Origin: Camelus dromedarius
Lineage: Eukaryota
Length of the DNA: 64,000 nt
Direction of reading: 5' to 3'
Assembly: GCF_036321535.1 (NCBI RefSeq)
Contig: NC_087436.1
Location: 44,084,001 to 44,148,000, forward strand
Positions 28,767-41,190 of the stretch are shown here, one piece after another; position 1 is the stretch's first letter, and each line of letters begins with the position of its first letter. Below the pieces are notes generated by a model that was given only the letters and a program-made list of their open reading frames with translations, was not told where the DNA came from and did no database searches. The translations under genes and the position numbers were made by a program.

Positions 28767-31700
28767 AAGTCAAAGTAATGGATAATATTAGATAGTAAAA
28801 TAATATATTTTAGAAGGATTTGGATTCAAGATGGTTAAATTTGTTTTAAATGTGTTTAAGGATAAATGTCCAGTTCCCCAGAAAAGTCTGCACACTGTAA
28901 TTCATTCACTAGTGATTCTGGAGAGACAAGATTTTCATTTTTGTTTACATCACACAAATTATTTTTTCTTTTCCTAATGCCTTTGAAATGGATTTTATTT
29001 CTCATATAAGTTTCTTCATGTGCTACTTAAAGCTCTACTCCTTTCCCATTTATAGTTAGGAAAACTCCATTCCTTCAGGTCTTCAGCCTCCATTTCTAAT
29101 GAAATGTATTTTTTCAGTTTTGCTTTTTAAAACTCTTGATATTTCATTCATCTGCTCTGTGGGTTGGTTAAGTCTCTGCAATGTACCTAAACATTTCCAT
29201 TTACAAGAGAAATGGGTCCTGGCTTTCATCTTGCCGTCAAGTTGAGCCAATTGGTTTCTGTGGGTTGTCAGGGCGCTGCTGAGGAGAGGAACTCATGTGG
29301 GTGGGAATCTGGCTGACTCCACAGTTTTCCATATGCACCGTGTGCTCCTCATGCTGGAAGCCATTCTCCATGGGCAGACCTGGGAGCAGGAAGACAGCCA
29401 CTGTGTGGGTGGTTTTGAAAAAACTTCCCTCTGTTTTTCCTGTACCCAGCTGATTTCAAGTTTCTGGATAATAGCTAAAACAACCTTCAAGTTTTCCTTT
29501 GATTAAGTGAGATTTCGGGCTGTGTTAAAGATTGCCCTTGGTTTTGGACTTATTTTCATGTATTTTACAAGACAGTTTATCTCCAGCTTTGGTTTTCCAC
29601 TAGATACATTATAGGCACATATTTATTATTTTTACTTTTTTTAAACAATGTAATTTGGTATGAATCTAATGCTCTCCTAGTGGAAATTTATACTGTTCTC
29701 ACCCTAATCATGGGGGGAAAACGAATTGGTTATAATTTTTATTCCTATCATGATTTATATGGACTGAAATTACATTCTGTATGAAAAGCATGAAACTCTC
29801 TTAAGTTTTTAAAAAAATATTTCCTAAAGTTTATATTTTTCAGGTCACCAAGAATATAGGCTAACTTAACATTTACATCTGATATTATTTTTCTTACTAT
29901 TGTTTTGCTAGCTGGCAATACATACTTGCTTAAGAGATCCTCTCTGTTGTCAGGTGCTTAAAATCTAATAGAGACTATAAAGCATTTACACAACTAAGAA
30001 TAAGTGTCTGGAGTTGAGAAAATGTCAAAATAATTTCATAGAACATCTCGAGGGTCTTCAAAGATTTCTATTTTGAAAAAAATATCTTCGTTCTCTCTTG
30101 TCCCAGACCTAATTTGGCTGATTCGTGTAAAGAGAGGAGGACAATTATGGGTAGAAACTGTATGATTATTTACATTTGTTAACTGGTTACTGTACGGTCC
30201 TGAGCATATAAAATGACACAGTCTTCATTAATTTTTATGTAAGTGTTGGTGAAGTGGTTCACTTAGGTTATTTTATCAAATGTCCTTTACTAAAATTTGC
30301 TTGAATTTTCTATGTATCTTCAGGAAAATCTGCATTACAATCTTGCATGTTAACTTACAATATTAGGTTTCAGGGTTAACACATTAAACCTATCATTGGT
30401 TAGATTTAAAAATCTATAAAGGCCTATGACTTTCCCCAAGGTAGTATGTATTTTGGTGTTCTAAGGTGATGTCTTCTAAAGTGGTAGTAATAGTAGACAC
30501 ATGTTGTGCTAATGCATCTTCTCAAAGCTGAAAAAAAACTGAGTTTTACATACGTATGTTATATATATATTTAAGGTTTTTTTAAGATTAAAAAAATCTT
30601 GATAGAAGTTGTTTCTAAATACCACACATAAAAACACAGAATGTAGTTGTCATTTATAAAATTCTTTCAAGTGGAATAATGTTCCTTATATTGTAGCTAT
30701 TTTGTATTCAAGGATATAGTCCATTTTGAACTATTTCTTAGCTAATTGGTCTCAACAGACTTTATATTTTTAGTATGTACTGACAAATATTGAATATACT
30801 TTCCCCCCACTTGAACCAAGAGTGTGACTATTATCACTTATTTTCATAGTAAACAATTAAGTGATTGTGCAAGAGATATCTGTTACGAAGTTAGGAAATA
30901 TGGTATTTTTATATATGTTAGGGCTATAAGTAGAATGAAAGGTAAGTTCAAAACTGGGACATTACTAGGTAAATTTGTTAGTTTTAGTTCATCAGTAAAT
31001 AGCCTGGGACTCTGCAGTCAGACTGGGTTTTAACTTTAATTCTGTCATTTACTAGCAATGTAACCTCAGTCAAGTTTCTAAATTCTGTTTTCCTTTCCTG
31101 AAGAGAGGGATTAAGTTACCTACCTCGTTGTGATAGTTCTGTGAAAAAATGCATGATTTGCTTAGCATAGTGCTTGGACAGCTTATAACCACTGTAAAAG
31201 TTATATGGTTATCAATAATAAGACATTTTAACAATTTACACTTCAAAATTACATACTAATTATTTATATAGAATAGACTGGAAGTTTGATTTTAAGTGAT
31301 TATGACTTTTAATCAGTTAAGTTTATTTGCCTTTTACAAGTATACTGTGATTTTAAATGTTTTTTTTTCTCCTAAGCTGAAGGCTTAAAACCCTTTTTCC
31401 TTAGAAACACTTCTGGTTAAAAAAACCCCTTATTTTAAAATTGGATTTATACAATGGTAGAGGCATACTTAAGAGATCATCTATTCCACCTATTAATTTA
31501 CTGGTGGGGAGACTGAGTCCTATAGAATTTAATAGACTTACTCTAGTTAAAATATAAAAGGAAGAAAAATCCATAAATTTGGTCATTGTCTCTTATGGTG
31601 GTAGACATTAACCCCTTATGGAAAGAAGAGAAATGGGATGGTTATCTGGACAATAGAGGTCTAATACATTTTTAAAATAAACTCAACATATATTTAATGA

Positions 31701-34054
31701 TGACATTTTCTTTTTATAGATCATGGTTCTGTTGTCTTGGTGTAATTATTAGTGCCCCTTTCACCCTCAAAAGTGTCTTAGTTGGACAATATATCATATG
31801 CTCTTCTAATTTAGTTGTGTTTATACAGGCAAAGAGTAGCAACCATCTGATAATTTGTGGATCGGGTAGATCCTAAAATAAACTACTTTTTTTCTTTGTT
31901 CTAAAGTTGGGGAATGGTTGAAATTATTAGACAATTACTCAACACTTTCTTCATCTTCTGAGTATAGTCCTCTGGAAGAGACATTATTAATCGATGGCTT
32001 GCTAGCAATGGAAAAAATCTATTAACCACTAGAATTATATGCAAAATGGTGTGTGTGTGTGTGTTTGTGTGTGTGTCTGCGCATGCGTGCGTGCACACAC
32101 TTTTCTGGGAAGTGTGTCTGTATTTTCTGTCAGAGTCTCAAAGACTTTATAACACCTCAAAAGACATTGCCCCACTTTATGTTCTGTTCTTACTGGCTGA
32201 TGTTGCCCTGCTACACTTTTTAAATATCAAATCTGTGAGACAGAAGAGGAAATTAATTTCAAATAGTACTTTTATAATTAGAATACTTTAATAAATTTAA
32301 CACTCTTTAGTGAAAATTATTAAACAGAGCCATATGAAATATTGACAGTAATCGCTTGAAGTGGGGTGTGTGATAGGAGAACCTGTTTACAGGGACGGAG
32401 GAAGATAACACTAAACAGTGGGTTTCTGAAATTCATCTGGGCCAAGGGAACAGAATTATTGCCAGTTTTTAACCCAAGGAAATGGCCATTTCATATGGTT
32501 TAATTGAATGATCTCACAAGTGAATTTAATTCAAAAAACTATATTGAGAATGCACTTTATGAAATCATTGTATAAGGAGCTATTTAAGGAATATAAATAT
32601 TTAGACTTCCCTTCCCATTTGAGGAGAATTTGGAGAGCTTTACATTGGGAAATGACTAGTTTTTTTCTTCTTTGTAGCTCAGCAGTATTGATACAATACT
32701 CAAGGAAATATAATTCTGATGAGGGAAACATTTAACTAACTCATAATATACAGCAGAATAAAATAGGCATAACATGGAGTCTCAAGTAACATGCTGTGGG
32801 TCCACAGAGGGAAGGCAGGGTTAATTGTGATTTCAGTGAATATGGAGGGCTTCATGTTCTCATGTGGAGAGCAGATGGATGGACATAACAGATTTAAGGA
32901 ACTTGATTTGCTGTGATTTTTTTTTTCTTACTGGTTATCCTCTTTTCCTACTCTTAATCAAATTATTTCTTTCTTATTAGCCCCCATTTTTTTTGAAGTA
33001 AGAAAGGAAAAAACAATGATTTCTTACGATGACTAACAAGAGAACATGCTTTCAAAGTGCAAAGCACTCAGCTCCCTAGGATAAAGAGTCTAAATATATA
33101 CTTAAATCCAAATATAGATGGACAGGAGAGTATCTGCTGTGTTTCAAGGAACACACTGACCAGCTGAAGAAGATTTGCTTTATTCTCTGTTTTTTAAAAA
33201 AGTGCTGTCAGTTTTTGAAATGATAACTATTAGAAAGAAAGACAGTACAATTGCTCAATTTTAAATAACAGAGTCCCAGGAGAGGGCTGGCGGAAATAGC
33301 TCATGCTTTTTTTAGCTGTCTGAATTTTAACTTTACACAGAGGAAATCTATGTAAAGTATGCACAAGTATGTATAGAATTAGAAGGCCTAAGTTGTTGGA
33401 TGGGTAAAGATTCCTTCAGGGAATACTTAAATGTTCAAACATAATATTATACACACACCCACACATGCAGAGGGTTAGAATTATATATTTTAGCCTAGTA
33501 ATAAAGAGATACAACCTTCATCAAGAGAAAAAGAAAAGCATAATATGTACTTCCACTCACATTTAAGAAGTATTTTTTTTTTTGTCAGGAAATAATCCTT
33601 ACTATTTATTTAATTCATAAATATTAAAATCTTTGAAAATTTGATCCTAAAACTATTTTTCTAGGGCAAATGATGAAAATATGCAGATGCTGGAGGTCAT
33701 CTATCTATGCTGGAGGTCATCTATCTCAACTTTCCATTTTAATATTTGAGGAATTGGAAGCTGGGGGTAAGACTAGGTGCCTTGCTCAAGTCTTCTCTTC
33801 CACTGGTTATTTAACCGCATAGCCTCTCTAATATCTCACTTGTTTTCCTGAGTTTTCAAGATTCATGGCAACCAATAACAATAGACATTTTATAAGAATA
33901 TATGAAACTTGAAGCCTTCAATTATTCATTCCAATTTTCTATATACCCTAATTGTTACAAAAAAAGAGGAATTTTATTTTTTTAGTACAGGTTCTTTGGA
34001 TGTAACTCTGTACTTGGAAAGGAAAGAAGAAAATGGAGGTAAATATCAAACTAA

Positions 34055-35975
34055 ATAACAGCTTTATTGAGGTAAATTTACATATCATAAAGTTCACCTT
34101 AAAGTGTATAATCCAATGGCTTTTTTATTACGTGGACTATATTGTGCATCTATCACTATTGTCTAATTCCAGAACATTTTAATCTCTTCCTGACAAAACC
34201 CCATATCCATTAGCAGTCATTCCTCATTCTCTTCCCCCTCATCCAGCCCCAAACAACCAATAACCTACTCTGTCTCTTTGGATTTTCCTATTCTGAACAT
34301 TTGATATAAATGGAATATTTATATAGAATTTTGTGAGTGGCTTACCTCAATTAGAATAGTTTTCAAGGTTTATTCATATGGCAGCGTGTATCAGTACCTC
34401 TTCCCTTTTAATGTTAGTGTTTGTCTTCCATTGTATGGATATAACACATTTTGTTTAGTCATTCATCACTTACTAGACATTTGAGTTGTTTCCTTTTTTT
34501 GGCTATTGTGAATGCTATAAATATTCATGTACAGGTTTTTGTTGTGGATATATGTTTTCAGTTTTCTTATTGTATATGCCTAGGAGTGAAATTGGTGATG
34601 ATATGGTAACTCTGTGTTTAAGATTTTGAGAAACTATTAGACTGTTTTTCAAAGTGAATGAACCATTTTACATTCCCACCAGCAGTGCATGAGGGTTCCA
34701 ATTTCTCCACATCTTCTCCAACATTTGTTAGTGTCTTTTTGATTATAGCCAAGATTCTAGTAGGTGTGAGGTGTGTAGACCAGTGTGGTTTTGATATGCA
34801 TTCCCCTAATGACTAATGATATTGAGCTTCTTTTCATGTGTTTATTGGCCATTTGTGTATCATCTTTGAAAAAATGTCTGTTCCTTTTTTTGCCTATTTT
34901 TAATATTGGGTCATTTAAAAATCTTTTTTTTATTGAAGTATAGTTGATTGACAATGTATTAATTTCGGGCATACAGCAGTGATTCAGTCGTACATAAATA
35001 TGTATATATTCCTTTTCATATTTTTTCATTATAAGCTATTACAAGGTATTACATATAGTTCTCTGTGCTATACAGTAGAAGTTTGTTTGTCTATTTTATA
35101 TATAGTAGTTTATATATAGTTTGTCTATTTTATATATAGTAGTTAGTATTTGTAAATCCTGAACTCCAAATTTATCCCTCCCCACTTCCTTTCCCCCCTT
35201 GTAACTATAAGTTTGTTTTGTATGTCTGAGTCTGTTTTTGTTTTGTAAATAAATTCATTTGGGTTGTTATTTATTTATCGTTGATTTGTTAAAGTTCTTT
35301 TTGTATTCTGGATACAAGTCCCTCATCAGATATATGATTTGCAAATATTTTCTCCTATTTTGGGGGCTGTCTTTTTCTTCCTTGATGATGTCCTTTGAAG
35401 CACAAAAGTTTTGAATTTTGATGTAATCCAATTTATCTATTTTTTATTTTGTTGGTTGTGCTTTTGATGTCATATCTAAGAGACCATTGTCTTATCCAAA
35501 GTCAGGACAGTTTATATTTACTCCTATCTTCTAGGAGTTTTATGTTTTAGTTCTTACATTTAGATCTATGATTCACTTAGATAATTTTTGTATATAAAAT
35601 GAGGTAGGGTCCAAATTCATTCTTTTGCAGGTGGAGATTCAGTTGTTTCAGCATCATTTGTTGAAAAGATGTTCTTTCACCATTGAATGGTCTTGGCACC
35701 AGTGTCAAAATCAACTTACTGTGAATTTAATGGTTTATTTCTGAGCTGTCAATTCTTTTTCATTGGTATATATTTCTATCCCAATGCTAGTGCCATATTG
35801 TCTTTATTACTGTAGCTTTGTAGTAAGTTTTGAAGTCAGGAAGTGTGAGTCCTCCAACTCTGCTCTTTTTCAAGATTGTTTTGGGTATTTTGGCTGCTCA
35901 CATTTCCATATGAATTTTAGGATCGCTTGCCAGTTTCTGCAACAACAAAAGAAAGACAGCTGAGGATTCTCAATA
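34055..35975 (-). mobile_element. L1MB-type ORF2/3'UTR, interrupted by a younger insertion
   Basis: aataacagctttattgagg, catttacattcccaccagcagtg, ttattactgtagctttgtagtaagttttgaa: antisense L1. Confidence 0.85.
34920..35258 (-). mobile_element. Young L1 3'UTR-only insertion (~340 bp) nested in the older L1
   Basis: Same sequence family as 13891-14192; candidate TSD ttgggtcatt (34906-34915) / ttgggttgtt (35259-35268). Confidence 0.8.
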
Positions 35976-36084
35976 TTTACTGATGAAAAGTTTGTTATAA
36001 AAACTAGGCAGCAGAAGAGACTACAAAGATGAAACCCAGTAATTAATCTTCAGAGGACCTGCAATCTAGGAGTTATACAAATAT

Positions 36085-36890
36085 GTCAATTATCAACCTA
36101 TTGCCTCCGAGTTCCAAATTAGTTCCTTAATATATGCTCTTTGATAATGGACAGAATTCTTTTACACACCTCCTCTTTACAGTGAACATGATGCCATGCT
36201 TTCTCAGTAGAGGCTGTTGGAAAGATGTCTCTTGCTGTTTCCAGCGGCTGCATGGTGAGTAGGTGGAGTGAGTGTGAGGACACCTAGTGGAGCTCTGCTT
36301 TAGCCACATGGCCAGAATGTGTAGTCACTAGATGACCTTGTAGCCTCAGCCCAGCCTGGCAATAAGCTTCCCATAACACTCCCATCTTCAATGTAGAGGC
36401 TGTTTTTTTCACAGGTTTCCTGCTCAGGTCAGTGCCCTCATCCCCAGTGCATTCTCTGTGCAGTACCACATGTAGATTACTGGGAGCCTAGAAGGTTTCA
36501 CTGAGCCATTACTTCCTCTTCCAGCCCTTGTGGTTTGCCTGCTCCAGGGCTCGCATCCCTTGCACACACCCACTTCTCTGGTTGCTGATTAACTACCCTC
36601 AGGCCACATTCTGGAAGGATGCCTCCTGCTCTCCCAGTGACCCCAATCAGTACTGGCTAGAGTAAACCAGTGAACTTTTTTTGTTATCCAGTGGGCTGAA
36701 CTGTAACTTCTCTAATGAGGTCTGAATCTCGGGGAGGAGAACCCCTTCCAACTTTGTTTTTCCTTGGCTACTCTCCCTCAGCATTAGAGTACTACGAAGT
36801 TACCTTATACTTGCTCCTATACATTTGTTTATCAGAATTTAATCTATTATGTGTCCTCTGTTTAACCCACTGTGTGATTGGGTCTGCACT
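36085..36890 (-). mobile_element. LTR40-like ERVL solo LTR
   Basis: tgcctcc.agttccaaatt...tgctctttgataatggac...cagtagaggc...atccagtgggctg..ctctaatgaggtctgaatc resembles recalled LTR40; orientation is inferred. Confidence 0.55.
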
Positions 36891-37605
36891 ATTGCAGCAT
36901 ATTCTGTTTGTAAGTCAGAATATAGTAAGTAGATCTGAATGTGAGATCTGGGATTTGTAGCTCACAGTCTGTTGATGGGATCAGGAAAGATTTACTGAGA
37001 GAGAGGAATTTAAGCTGAATTTTGTAGGATGTATCGGTAAGGATTTCCTTTGTATTTGCCATTAGGGAGCTTGTATTTTTAAGACGGTTGCCTCAGATCT
37101 CTGTTTCGAGGGTAAAAACATCTACAGACTGAATTGTACTATTTTCCCAAACACCTGTCCTTTACTCCTAACTGACAAGCTTCCCAGGTTTTATTGCTGG
37201 TCTCGGTGAAATTGTTAAAGAAGGTGTTAGAGATAATCAGATACCTGGGCTTGAGTGGGTAACCTCCGCACCCCTCCCCCATAGAAGTGTTTTAAATGGC
37301 ATCATCTCATTGGAACTACTTAACTAAATGTTTAAAAGAAAGGCTTTGATGGACTGTTTAGTATGGTTAGAAACGGACACCAACAGCCATATGTACCAAT
37401 TAATTTCCTCTCCAAATGTTTTTATACTGTTAGGTAGATGTGGTCTATGTTTTGGAAAGATCCTTTCCTTTGAAGTAGTCATTACACTGTTTTATTTCCT
37501 GTATGAATGCCAAGTACACATTATTTTTCATTTTCCTTTTTGCTTGCCAAAGCCTTTTAATTTTCCTTCATCTCTTCACAAATATCTAATAAATAATTAT
37601 GACAT

Positions 37606-37785
37606 GCAGTGCTATTCAAAGCATGGCCCCTGTACCTGCAGAATCAGCATCATTTGGGAACTTATTAGAAAAACAAATTCTTGAGCCCCACCTTGAATCA
37701 CAATCTCTGGGACGTGGGGCCCTGTGCATATGTTTTAAACTAGCTCTCCAGGCAATTCTTGTGCACACTGAAGTTTGAGAAGCAT
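37606..37785. mobile_element. MER5A hAT MITE
   Basis: cagtgctattcaaagcatgg...atcagcatcatttgggaacttattagaaa...cacactgaagtttgagaagca. Confidence 0.8.
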
Positions 37786-38771
37786 CAATTAAAATTTTAC
37801 TGATTGCATTTCTCTTGAAACACATTTTAGAATTTAAAAAGGATCTGGAATCTTAAGAGCCATTTGATGAATCCAAATCAGGTGTGTGTCTCCAACATCC
37901 CTGATAGATTGGCATATAACTTCTGCTTGAAATTTTTTACTGATAGGTACTTTGCACCACATACGGTAACATTTTGGAACAATTCTAATTATTGGAAATT
38001 TCTCTTTTATGCATTTAACCCATACTGACTTAATTGTATCTTTTGTTCATTGTTCCTAATGTTCCCCTTGAGGAGCACGAAGTGAATCTGGTTTCCTTTA
38101 CACAACCCAGATGTTTAGATATTTGAGACAACTGTCTGCTCTCTCCTAAGGATTTTCTTCCCAAGAGAGTACTTCTTTGGCCCTGTACTTTACTCACTTA
38201 ATAATGCCTTTTGGATCCTTCTCTTAGAATGATTTATATATCGATGTGTTCAAAATGTCACCTCCAGAATCAAATATAGAGTGCTCTATGGAGTTTGTCC
38301 AATGAAGGCTGCTACAAGACTGTTCTACATGCTGTAGAAAGTAAACCAAATACTCTCTTGGGCTTTACAAAATTGAACACCAAGCCTGGTTTTGTTACTT
38401 TGGATATGGGCAGATCACTCAATTTCTGTGGATTTAGTTTTAATTTAACCGTATAAATTGGGATTACTATGTGGCACTTTAACCTGAGGAAATGCTAATG
38501 TGTAGAGAGTAGGCATGGCTAGTAAAGCTATTGAAAAGAATTGAAATGGAATTGTCAAAAGGCAGGAAGGGAACCAGTAGAAAGTGCTGACACAAATATC
38601 TGATTCTGTCTTTTGACAGGTGTATCCTATTAGCTCAGCTTGACCAAGTCACAGGAACTTGGGCTTGGCTCCAAGGCAGGATGTTTCTTACACGAGGGAC
38701 CAGAGTTCTCTTTAGGGAGTCAGTAGGTAATTAGAAGATGCAGTGTTCCAAAGGTGTGCAAGGTATAAAAA

Positions 38772-39136
38772 TTAATAAACAGAAACATCAATTAAAATAG
38801 AATCAGGAGGCCAGAGGGGAACTTTTCACAGCCTATAAGGATAGTGGAGCTCAACAGAAAGGAAAACGACTTCGTGTTCTTGCTTGGCAAGAGCTCAGCC
38901 AATGAGAGACTATCACAACTCAGTCAATGAAAAGCCACTATACTTTGAACTCTCAATTACTCCAGTAGATTCTTTGTTTATTATGCCCCTCCCACCTTCC
39001 TTTTCCCGTCCTTGTTGTGGGGTGACTTGCACATCGCTCACCATGGTCACTAACCCCAAATTACAACCTTGTTAATACCAAATAAATCCATTTTTGCTGG
39101 AGAAATACCTGGTAGTCTTTTTATTTTAGGTCAACA
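38772..39136 (+). mobile_element. 5' LTR of an endogenous retrovirus
   Basis: CCAAT-like boxes (~38899, ~38924), AATAAA at 39081, and terminus ..ggtcaaCA at 39136 immediately followed by a PBS; left boundary approximate. Confidence 0.75.
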
Positions 39137-39139
39137 TTT

Positions 39140-39158
39140 TGGTGGCCACATGGGGATC
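39140..39158 (+). other. Retroviral primer-binding site, tRNA-Ile(AAU) type
   Basis: TGGTGGCCACATGGGGATC versus the reverse complement of the tRNA-Ile 3' end, TGGTGGCCCGTACGGGGATC: two CpG-type transitions, one other transition and a 1-nt gap; 3 nt after the LTR CA. Confidence 0.75.
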
Positions 39159-39818
39159 CAGAGAAGACCCTTGATGACTTCGAGGCTGGTAAGCAAGCAG
39201 GTGTTGTGCTTACACTGAGCTCATTTTTGCTCACCGTTTTTCTTGGCAGACCCTGTGGTTTGAGAGTAAGCCTTTCTCCTGGCCCCAGCCTCTGCCCTCT
39301 TTGTGTTTTGAAGCTCTCCAGAACTTATTTAGGATCTGTCTTGAAGCTTTGTCCTTTCTGAGTAAGGACTTATTCTGTATATGAGTACTCATTTCACACT
39401 TTGGCTTGATTTTTTTTGAATCAAGTGGTTCCAACTGAAACTGTATTAGCCTTCAGTCCCACTCATTTTGAAATGGGGTCTGTTCCTTCTGGACCTGGCT
39501 AACCTTCAGCCTATTTCTTTTGGACATGGACTGTTTCATTGGAACTGTGCCAGTTTAGCCTTTAGCCTAATTCCTTTTGCAATGGGGGCTGTTCTGTTGG
39601 AACTATGCTTGGTAAGCCTTTGGCCCAACTCTCTTGGAATTAGTATGTTTCATTAGAGCTGTGCTGTGCAGCCTTTGGCCTGGCTTTTTTTTGGGACTAG
39701 ACTGTTCCCTACGGACTGGCTGGTATAGGTCTGTAGTCTGTCTGAACTGTTTGAACTGTCTGAACTGTTTAGACTGTTTGAAAACTGTTCTTTTACTCTA
39801 GAGAAAAACTTCTGAGAA

Positions 39819-41190
39819 ATGGGAGCCCATTTATCTAAATATTTTGAAGGTGCCCTCCCTACAGGGACCCTGGCCAATTTTATGTTTAAAAAACCACAGC
39901 CCTTCCTCATGTGCATTTCTAACTAAATGGACTGACCTAACCAAAGGCAATTTAGAACATCAATGGCCATTATGGGAACTTTTGAAACCTCCAAACTTAC
40001 TTTTTTAAAAACCAAATTGGACACCATAACTCTAAAATTTCCAAAACTGAAAATAATGGCTATTTTTGTTGGTATTTTGAGCTTCCAAATATTTTTAGGA
40101 GCCTAAAATTGCCTCTCTGCAAAGTAGGATTTTAAGATGAACTGAGTCAAACAAATGATAAAGAACGTAAGATGGCTTTTGAAGCCTCATGCCCCTTTTC
40201 TCAGGCCCTGCCTCTGGTGCTATCTTCCTCTTCCCTTCTATACCATCTATGTCTCCTCTCTGCCCTCGTTTCCCCCATACTAATTCTCTTGTTGACCCTC
40301 CCCTTTTCTCTGTAACACTCCCCACTCCCTTTCCCTTTGAACCTATCAGAACCTACCCCTATAAAATTAAGCCTTCTGAGGATCCAGAGGCTAAATCCTC
40401 AATTTCTGATATTCACTGGACTAAATCTGAACTGCAAGCCATAGCCAACGATTTTCTCAAAATAATTGAAGAGCCGCACAGATTTGCTGAGGAATTTAAT
40501 ATATTCATTCAAACTCATCAACCTGATTTCTCTGATTTATTTCATATACTTGTTAATGAAGGCCAGGACCAGCATTGCATAAAACCCTCTAATTGGAAAA
40601 ATGTTGCAAGGTCTATAGAACTGCAACCAAGAGGCCAGCCTGCTAACTTCTTATTACGGTCAGGCTAAGCCAATCACTAGGCAACTTCATTGGGCGTTTC
40701 CTAGACTTCTTCAGAACCTGTTGATTAGATCAAAATTCAGGCTTGCACACAAAAATCTGATGAAACTGCTTATAATCATTACAGTGGACTCCAGATTATT
40801 TTTAAAGAAAACTCTGATCTTCCTTCAGACATTGATTCCACCTGGATACCTTTTAACTCTGTTTATTAGTGGACTGTATCAGGACCAGAATGCAAATGGA
40901 AAACTATGTTCACTTCAGATTTAGTTAATCTGGCTAACAAGCTTTCTCACTATCTGGATGAGTTCCCTAAAAGGAAGACCACTAATATTCTTCAACTCCA
41001 GCAAATGAAGGCCCCTAAACTGAAAAAAAAAAAAAAGCAAAAAAGCTCTCCAAGTTTCTGCTATTATTACAAAGAGTTGGGACAATGGAAAAGAGATTGT
41101 TATAAACTTAAGCACTTCAAGCACCTTCAGTCCTTGAACCAGCCTTTCCAGTGCCCTTACCAATTCTCAGTGACAGGGCCTCAATGAACT
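39819..41190 (+). pseudogene. gag: ERV gag remnant (class I, gamma-like), frameshifted
   Basis: Start MGAHLSK (MGxxxS myristoylation motif); KWTDLTK..QWPLW matrix-like; WTKSELQAI..PHRFAEEFNIFIQTHQPDFSDL capsid-like; decayed zinc knuckle CYYYKELGQWKRDC at 41059-41100. Confidence 0.85.

Noticed and set aside
39425..39790. CRISPR-like repeat-spacer array
   Set aside because: Mammalian DNA; the units are degenerate tandem repeats without identical repeats or unique spacers.
40189..40668. 159-aa open gag segment as a domesticated retroviral gene
   Set aside because: Surrounded by frameshifts and stops, zinc knuckle degraded, no sign of selective preservation.
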